Shown here piece after piece: positions 13,958 through 64,000 of a stretch of DNA of 64,000 nt. The DNA is from Amoebidium appalachense (lineage: Eukaryota > Protista > Ichthyosporea), in the NCBI GenBank assembly GCA_963693365.1, contig CAVNZM010000003.1:4101106-4165105 (forward strand). The letters are read 5' to 3'. Within the stretch, counting starts at the first letter, position 1; each line of letters begins with the position of its first letter. Below the pieces are notes generated by a model. That model was not told the origin of the DNA. It did no database searches and saw nothing but the letters and a program-made list of their open reading frames with translations. Both the position numbers and the translations under genes were made by a program.

Positions 13958-14881
13958 GGGGGGAGGGGGGGGGGAGGGGGAGTGGCTTTGAGCCCCGAAG
14001 TATATCCCTGGGAAGAGGGGGGGGGGGGGGGAGGGGGAGGAAGAGGGGGGGGGGGGAGGGGAGGGAGAAGGGGGGGGGGGGGGGGGGAAGATGTCCCCAA
14101 AGTGGATTAGGGATGTGGTGTGAGAAGGAGGGATGTGTGCAGACAGACTCGGGTCGTAACTGATAACAGTGCCCCGGGGGCATCACGGGTCGGGGGGATG
14201 GGGGGGGGGGGGGAAGGGGCGAGCTGGAGGTTGTTTGGTTGTTTGGAGGGTGGGAGGCGGTGTACTTCCATACAGAGACAAAGAAGCATTCAAAACCGGT
14301 GGTTATAATGCACAATGAGTTTAGGTTTTTGGGGAAGGGAGAGGCGGGGGTGGGGTGGTGTGTGTGTGTGTGTGTGTGTGTGTAGGGGGGACGGGGGGGG
14401 GGGGGGGGGGAGGGGGGGGGGGCAAAAATCATGTGTCACAAAACCATCAACATTCTACATATGGACCCCCTCCCCCCCCCCAACCAAAAAAAAACAAAAA
14501 AAAACAAACAAAAAAAAACAAAAAAAAGGAAAAAAAAAAAACGAATGGAAAGAATTCAGGACACTTGGGGCAAGCCTTACCTGCAACGTTCAGCAGAAGG
14601 GTGCCTCCACCCGGGTGCTGCAACCAAACAACTATAATTAATAACCGGGCGCCCAGGGGGTGGGTGGGTGGGTGGGTGGATGGGGGGGGGGGGGGGGGGT
14701 AGAGAGACCAGAGAAAGACCAGAAGAGAAATGATCAAAAGAAGACAACCTACAAAAAGGACAAGTTTTTTAACGATTAGTTCCGTGCTATGCATGCTCCC
14801 CCTCCCCCTCCCCCACTCTCACCCTCCCTTTCCAATCCCCCCCCTCCCCCCTCCCCTCCCTATCTCACCCTCCCTTTCCAC

Positions 14882-14914
<33 letters not shown>

Positions 14915-15078
14915 ACTCGCCTCGCTTGCCTTGCTCTCACACATCACTATCCTCCATTCTGCCAATCTTTTCGATTTTGTTTTAACACCCGGTCATCATC
15001 AGTCAAAAAATCAATCTGAAAACACGATCTGAATATTCGTTTTCTCAGCTCAACTGGGCAGCCAAAGAAAACCATCCT

Positions 15079-15116
<38 letters not shown>

Positions 15117-15481
15117 GGCGCCCCAAACTCAACTCCCATACTTGCATAAGGCATCCTCTCTGCATGTCCACCCCCCCCCCCCCCCCCCCAAACACACACA
15201 CGAACACACACACAGGAACACACACACACACACACACACACAAAACATACAGCATGATTCCCCTTTGCACCAAAGGCACACACCAGAAGTACAGCTACCC
15301 CCCTCCCTCCCTCTTCCCCTGGCACAAACCTTGGGCCTACACCCCAACACCCCAGGAAACGAAACGAACCCCAAAGACTTCTTGGGGAAAGTAAAATAAA
15401 AAACCGGGCTCCGACTTATTGTAGCATAGATTGGGAATAAATCCAGGAAGTAGCAAGAAAGGGGAAGGGCAGGGAGCGATG

Positions 15482-15534
<53 letters not shown>

Positions 15535-16415
15535 TGGTGGTGGTGGGGTGGGGTTGGGGGGGGCGGGAAGGGGGGGGGGGGGGGGGAGGGGGGTTTAAGA
15601 TGATATGGGCGAGGATCAAGCTGCAGAAAGCTACGTAGGTAGAGTGCCGTGCAACCATGGAAGGCGACTAGTGTGTGTGTGGGGGGGGGGGAGGGGGAGA
15701 GGGGGGGGGGGGGGGGGGTCTGTCTGTTCGTGCATGCTCGTCTATAAATTTGTGGTTGTGTTATAGTGAGATTGGGAGGAGAGGAAACGAAGTAATAGCC
15801 CACGGGGTGGGGGAGGGGGGTGGGGGGAAAGAAGAGAGAAAGGGAGGGGGGGGGAGGGGAGGGAGGTAGTCAATAAGTGGGCACACCCATACCTCATCAT
15901 AGAAGTTTGTGACGTTGAAGACCCTCCCATCAATAATGAGCCAGAGATCGTTTTTCTTATTATGCTTTTGAACCTGCGAACACAAAACAGAATTCCATCA
16001 GAGAAATTCTGAGCAGCAAATAGCATTGGTTGATGCGGAACTTCGCTCGTTGCTGATAACAGAGTTGGCTGGTGGAGGATGTCTTCTCGTTCGAGATTTA
16101 AATGCTCCTCGAACAACGCTTAGAAAAAGTGCCCTCGCTTTGCGCCAAATCTCAAAGAAAAAGAAAGAAGAAAAAGTTGGACATAAGCCTCATATACCAC
16201 ATAAAAGCGCTAAAGTGTGTCGGTGTGCGTGTGTATGCATGTATCTGTGCATAAACGAATGGGTGTGGGTGTCCTTCCTGCCTTCATGTGCGTGTGCGTG
16301 TGTGTGTATTTTAGAGAAACATGGGCCTCACCTCGCTCACGGGAATACGAGGAAGCTGCTTCTGGGGGGCACCGGCCTGGGCACCTCCAGCCTGCTTTGA
16401 GCTCTCCGCTCCCAT
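13018..16415 (-). CDS. Small soluble cytochrome b5 (heme-binding domain) protein, 98 aa, 4 coding exons
   Basis: Exons 16415-16332, 15973-15893, 14617-14581 and 13112-13018 are all GT-AG and in frame. They give [98 protein letters not shown], with both heme-ligand motifs (HPGG, GHS). A probable 5' UTR intron has its donor at 16523. Confidence 0.93.
13222..13411 (-). ncRNA. Intronic ~175-190 bp structured element, copy 1 (C/D-box snoRNA-like or SINE/MITE)
   Basis: Reverse complement of 24996-25170 with 2 substitutions and a 15-nt insertion. Lies in the last intron of the cytochrome b5 gene, sense to its host. Confidence 0.45.
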
Positions 16416-16599
16416 TCTTTGCTTGAAGTTGGAAACTTTGAGGAAAAACAAGTCACACACTAGCCAACGTTAGAAGATCCCTCCCAAGAACCGGCACTCA
16501 AAGGAAAATGCGAACCAGCCTACTTTCCTGGACAGCCTGGAAACTTTAACGCCAGCTGGGGTCAGAAAGAACCTTGAGGAAACAATAGATCAGACTTCT

Positions 16600-17250
16600 G
16601 AGGTTGCTTGAAACGAACGGAGATGTGAAGTGAAGAAAAGTCAGCAAGTGGACGGCTATACCGTACCCAAATACCCAAACCCAAACCCAGATTTTAAACC
16701 CAGATGTCACATCCCTGCGTCCAGTGTTGCCGTTTGTTCGCCCCGAACACGATGTTCACATTCCTCAGAATAAATCATGGAATTTTGCCTGGCAATACAT
16801 GACTTATAGCCAATTATATTTGGAACAAAAAAATAAATAATTTGATTGGTTGGTAGTTTTAGGTTTGGGTTTTGGCGCCAAAACCGTGACAAGCGGTGAC
16901 AGAGTGCACCCGTCACGCGTCACGCAACAAGTAGTCCGTTTGAGTTGAAAGAGAGTGAGTGAGAGAGAGAGAGAGAGAGACTTTGAACTTATGATTTAAC
17001 TTATGATATTAGTGAGAATAAGCGATACAGAGATACAGTTACAGGGGCTATAATCTTTACTATGTATACCGTGCTCATTTATTTATATTTCAAGAGAGAG
17101 ACTAACCCGTTCTGAGCAAACGGAGCTTCAAGCTTTCATCGTTATCTTCTCACTTGTGGCCTTCTTGTCCCACCGTTTCCGCACACCTATTAGTTCTTTT
17201 ACACACGACAAACATAGGATAACATACTATTTATCGCTTCACTCATCCTC
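16600..17250. promoter_or_regulatory. Probable bidirectional promoter region between cytochrome b5 (-) and the SET gene (+)
   Basis: Head-to-head start codons lie ~970 bp apart (16415 and 17382). The interval is microsatellite-poor, retains CpG, and has a CCAAT-like GATTGG near 16843. Confidence 0.4.
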
Positions 17251-17381
17251 CCCAACCCCCCCAAGGGTGACAGCGATCAGGCTAGAGCACATGAATTCGA
17301 GTGTCTCAAGCGTCGCCCATATCCTTGCATGGTGGGCACAAGCGTACGGGTGTCTTCCAAACACATACCTTACTTCCGAGA

Positions 17382-40289
<22,908 letters not shown>

Positions 40290-40371
40290 TAATACAGAAT
40301 GAAGGCTTGAAATGAAAATAACATGTTAGCCCCCCCACCCCACCCCCACCCCCCTCCACCCCACCCCACCC

Positions 40372-40478
<107 letters not shown>

Positions 40479-41272
40479 TGACACGCGCGCAACACCCCCA
40501 GCACCACCACCACCACCACCACCACCCGGCATGTAAATGCATGAAGTCAACGTTGGAAGATATGCCAGGGCTATAGGCCAGTGTGTGCAAATAAACCTTG
40601 AATGGATTTTTACTATGAATTTTAGCGCTTGTGGTGTCTAGACAAGTGTGTTTTTGAAATCGGCGTTAGGAGGATTTGCTAATACGAACATGTTGTGAAG
40701 GTGTATAGACGTGTGTGTTTGAAATCCACGTTATAATGTAGGTATGTGAAATTGTGTTTCAAGATCTTTGAAGGTTGTATAGACAAGTATGTTTTCTGTG
40801 ATTGGGACGGTTTGCGTGCGCAGTTCACACGAATAAAACTTTAACGTCCAGTGCAAGTTAACACAATTTCGATTGCAATAACTGTCGATTGTAGAAACGG
40901 AAGTGTATTTGCTGTTATTTGTAGTTGGGTGACCTCTGCTGTTCTACTAGCCACACCGTATAAATGAACTATATTAGGGGCAGCTGCCACTGATCAACTT
41001 GCAAAGAAAACCCATATATGTCTAGTTAACCTCATATTTGAACTTCGAACGAGGGCACAAAAAAGGCAGAAGCGTTTTCTTGTTAAGAGAGTGTGCATAT
41101 TGAATAGTTAAATGATACCTTTCAAAGTTAAAGTAAAAATAACAGTAACGTTTGACAGTGATGCTGATGTCTTTGTGTATTCGTTTTTTTCTTCCATTTT
41201 TTGCTTTTTTTCATTTTTTTTTTTTTTCGTGTGTGCGTGTGTACGTGGGTGGGCGGCCTACGGTTTGCGTGT

Positions 41273-41321
<49 letters not shown>

Positions 41322-42761
41322 CATGGTGCTACGGGGAGGGGGCGGCCGTGCCTTTTTCTTTCTTTCTTTCTTTCTTCCTTTCTTTTTTTTATTTCTTTTC
41401 TTTTTTTTCCTTTTTTTTTTTTTTTTGGGGGGGGGGGGGGGGTTTGCTTATGTATGATCATCGAATCTGATTTACGAGGCACACAAAAGCACCCATGATG
41501 TTTCTGTTTATTTACATATGCATGAAAAATGAAAATGAACTTCACCCCAGTGTGTACAATGTCTGTTACTGTGTATTGAAGGCTGAATTTAAAGTATAGC
41601 AAGCCCCACGTTATGATCATGTACGTAAAACTTTCTGGAAACAGTGAGCTGTACACACACACATACGCTCATTCACTCACATGCACACACAAAAAGACAC
41701 GCACACGCACACACGCCCATACCCACATGTACACATGCTCGCACACACACACAGGCATGCACACGCACACACGCACACACACACAGGCACGAACGGGCGG
41801 GCGTGCACACACGCATGCACACGAACACACACGTCACTCACAGGCATACGCGCTGCCACACACACATGACTGCGCAGCCACATACGCGTGTGCTGCAGCC
41901 GCCAACATCCACAGATCCACTCCCACCTTTACTCTCCCGTCCTCTCCCCCAGAGCCCTCCCCCCCTCCCTCCCCCCATTCCTCCCCCCAGGCATACATGA
42001 CATCCAGCATCACGCGGCCTGACTCGCAGATAGGTTAGTGTGGGCGTGGGCGTACGTATTGGTGCTTGCGGTTGTGGGTGCATTGGGCCCGCTCGGATCC
42101 CGGTGTTATTTATATTAGCTGAAAACATCACTGTAGCGTTTACATAAGATTGCAGCTAAGGTAGCCGGGACAAAAGTCTCGATCTTTCCACACAGTAGAA
42201 GGGCGCCCTCTCCAGTTCTGGAAATTGTAAATTTACTGTAAATGATATATGTACCACATGCTTTCATTCAAGTGCACCCTTTCAAGAAAACATGCATAGA
42301 CCCACCGTCACCATGCAACGTGTCGGCAGAAACGGAAAAACGCTGAAATGTTCGATAGATCGTAGAGGCGACAGCTAATTGGTCCCAAGGGCATCACCTA
42401 GATTCATCCAATCATCTGAGAGATCAGAGAACAGACAAAGTCAACAAACATGATCGGGGTATTGATTGGTTTACCTCTCTATAATTAAAGCTGTATCGCA
42501 TCCAAAAGCTTTTTAAATATTTTAACATTTGTAACATTTTTTTGTCATGCTAATGTTGTGCCAGGTAACACCCACATGTTTGGCAATCACCGTTTTTTGT
42601 CCTTGGCCGTGATCAAACGTGGCTTTCGGCTTTTTGCGTTTTTTCTTTCTCTATTTCTTTTGTTGAACCCCTTCCTACATACACAGATTTCTTCAGGATT
42701 TGTTACGCTTTCTATCTAAGCTAAGGCTGAATCGATTGGTAAAGTTGATCAGGCAGAAAAC

Positions 42762-50901
<8,140 letters not shown>

Positions 50902-51137
50902 GCCAATCACTGCAACGGATTCAATTCAGCAGAAAAGGGACCAATCGGTGAGCTTGGTTAAAATGTTTCTGCGGCTAAGTCTCCAGCCTTTTTCTTTTTG
51001 TCTTAATACCACATTCATAATCATCAATTTTTTTTCGTCTGGTGTTGCTTTGGAGTGAAGGGGGGGGGGGGGGGAGGGGGGGGTCCCTTTGTCCCGTTTA
51101 CATCATCATGACGGTATTGTGATAAGAGAGAGAGAGA

Positions 51138-51183
<46 letters not shown>

Positions 51184-52348
51184 AGGAAGGTTACTAGATT
51201 AGTTTTTGATGGGTTACAGATAGTCACTATACCAAAGTCATGTATTCCTATTTTGTACTTTGTTTTTCTTCAACGCAGGGAGGTGTGTCTGGGCTGTGTG
51301 GTTTTGGTACGTCGTATGTTACTTTGCTTTTTTGATTGCTTTTTGTTGTTTATTTGGTTTCTCTTTTGTTGCGTTTCGGTTCAAAAAACGTTTCTTTATG
51401 TAAGCCTTAGGGGAATTGTTTGGTTATTGGCCTTGCTTATCTGGGTGTCATATTTTCTCGGGATATATGTTGTTTTGTGGAAAACATTATAGATAGACTG
51501 AAGACCAACTAAACCCTGTACCATATGGAAATAACAATTTTTTTACATCAATTATATCCCTAACAGCACGAACTGTGGCATCCAATTGTAAACATATCCG
51601 GATGTGCATGTCCACAAGATGCTCGAGTAACCAAAAAGTTATATCACATTTATTTATTCAAGTCATTCACTTACATAATTATTTGGATATTCCACACTCA
51701 TGATTGTAACATCAGTTCTCAGATAGCGCATGCATTGCGGAGCAAATCGCCGGACTTCATATTTGAATATATGTAAATTCCCGGCTGATTTAGGCATATA
51801 TGCGGGTTCTTGTGTAATGATTTGCCAAATAAATGGATTCGGATATCCCGAAAATTCAAATCTCGTTGGGATATGCTGACGTCATTCGACTCCTGTTGCA
51901 CCAATCATCTGGCATGCGCAGATCGGTGTCCCCAAGAATCTAGGCTAAGATTGCAGCACTCAGTCTGCCAAAAAAAATCATCACCATGATGTCGGTGTCC
52001 TTAGATTTTATATCACCTACATGTCGTTAATAAACAGCACGTTCCCCACGATATCATATACGGACCCCCGTAGTTGAGCTCATACATGCAGCTTTTGTTA
52101 ACCTGGCAGTGAAATTCTCGTTTTTGGTATGGCTCGTTGGATATCCGGTGAAGGTATATCAGCGACTGTGTCATTGTGTCATGGTAATTGTAGGATATAT
52201 CCATTCTTAGCCCTGTCGGATGCCCCGATCGACATAAAACCCATTAATAAAAAAACACAAAAAAAAAACACGGTGTATTACGCCTCGAAGGCTACGTCAC
52301 TTGATGTCATAGAGGGCTCAGTTTGTGTAACACAAATTGCTTTACCCA

Positions 52349-52442
<94 letters not shown>

Positions 52443-52699
52443 ACACACACACACACACTCTCTCTCTCTCTCTCTCTCTCTCTCCTCCCTCTCTCTCTCT
52501 CTCTCTCCCTCCCTCCCTCCCTCCCTCCCTCTCTCTCTCTCTCTCTCTCTCCCCCCCCCCCCCCTCTCCCTCTCCCCCCTGCCCCCACCCGACCCCGCAG
52601 GCACACACACACACACACCAAGGAAGTTGTGAGTGCAATGCTGTTTAGGTAGTCCCCTTCCTCTTCCCCCTGCTCCTTCCCTCCCCCCCCCCCCCCCCC

Positions 52700-63800
<11,101 letters not shown>

Positions 63801-63867
63801 ACTACTTTGAAACCAAGTCAAGAGGGAGGGGGGGGGGGGGGGGGGGGGGCTTTGTTTTTTTTTTTTT

Positions 63868-63898
<31 letters not shown>

Positions 63899-64000
63899 GG
63901 GGAGGGGGGGGGGATAATTCGGCATAAAGATAAGCTCATGCTGTTTTATCATTGGGTGGCACCGTGACATCCTAAGGGTCATGCTATGCCCCCTCCATCT

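Noticed and set aside
51560-52210. Recurring GGATATCC-like motifs suggesting a MITE
   Set aside because: No convincing terminal inverted repeats could be aligned.

Overview
Eukaryotic nuclear DNA from an intron-rich microbial eukaryote. Introns and intergenic DNA are saturated with poly-C/poly-G, (CA)n/(GT)n and (CT)n tracts, so almost all of the supplied ORFs are low-complexity noise. Manual splicing (GT-AG, reading frame checked at every junction) gives four genes: an intronless Ser/Thr kinase (1005-2060, -); a 4-exon, 98-aa soluble cytochrome b5 with an N-myristoylation-type start (13018-16415, -); a divergently transcribed 23-exon, ~940-aa ATXR3/SDG2-type SET-domain methyltransferase (17382-40289, +); and a 10-exon, 328-aa choline-phosphate cytidylyltransferase (42762-50901, +). 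The most striking pattern is that several 3' splice junctions (intron end plus exon start) have been tandemly amplified into decaying decoy acceptors just upstream of the true exon, at four clear loci in two genes plus two weaker intron-end cases. Other features are a near-identical ~175-bp structured element with a C/D-box-like core that sits sense in introns of two genes, a Helitron-like end, two foldback/MITE elements, and two diverged tandem arrays (5.4-12.5 kb and 52.7-63.8 kb) of one decayed repeat family with faint Ulp1-protease-like motifs. Gene models are inferred from sequence alone, and homopolymer lengths may be assembly artefacts.
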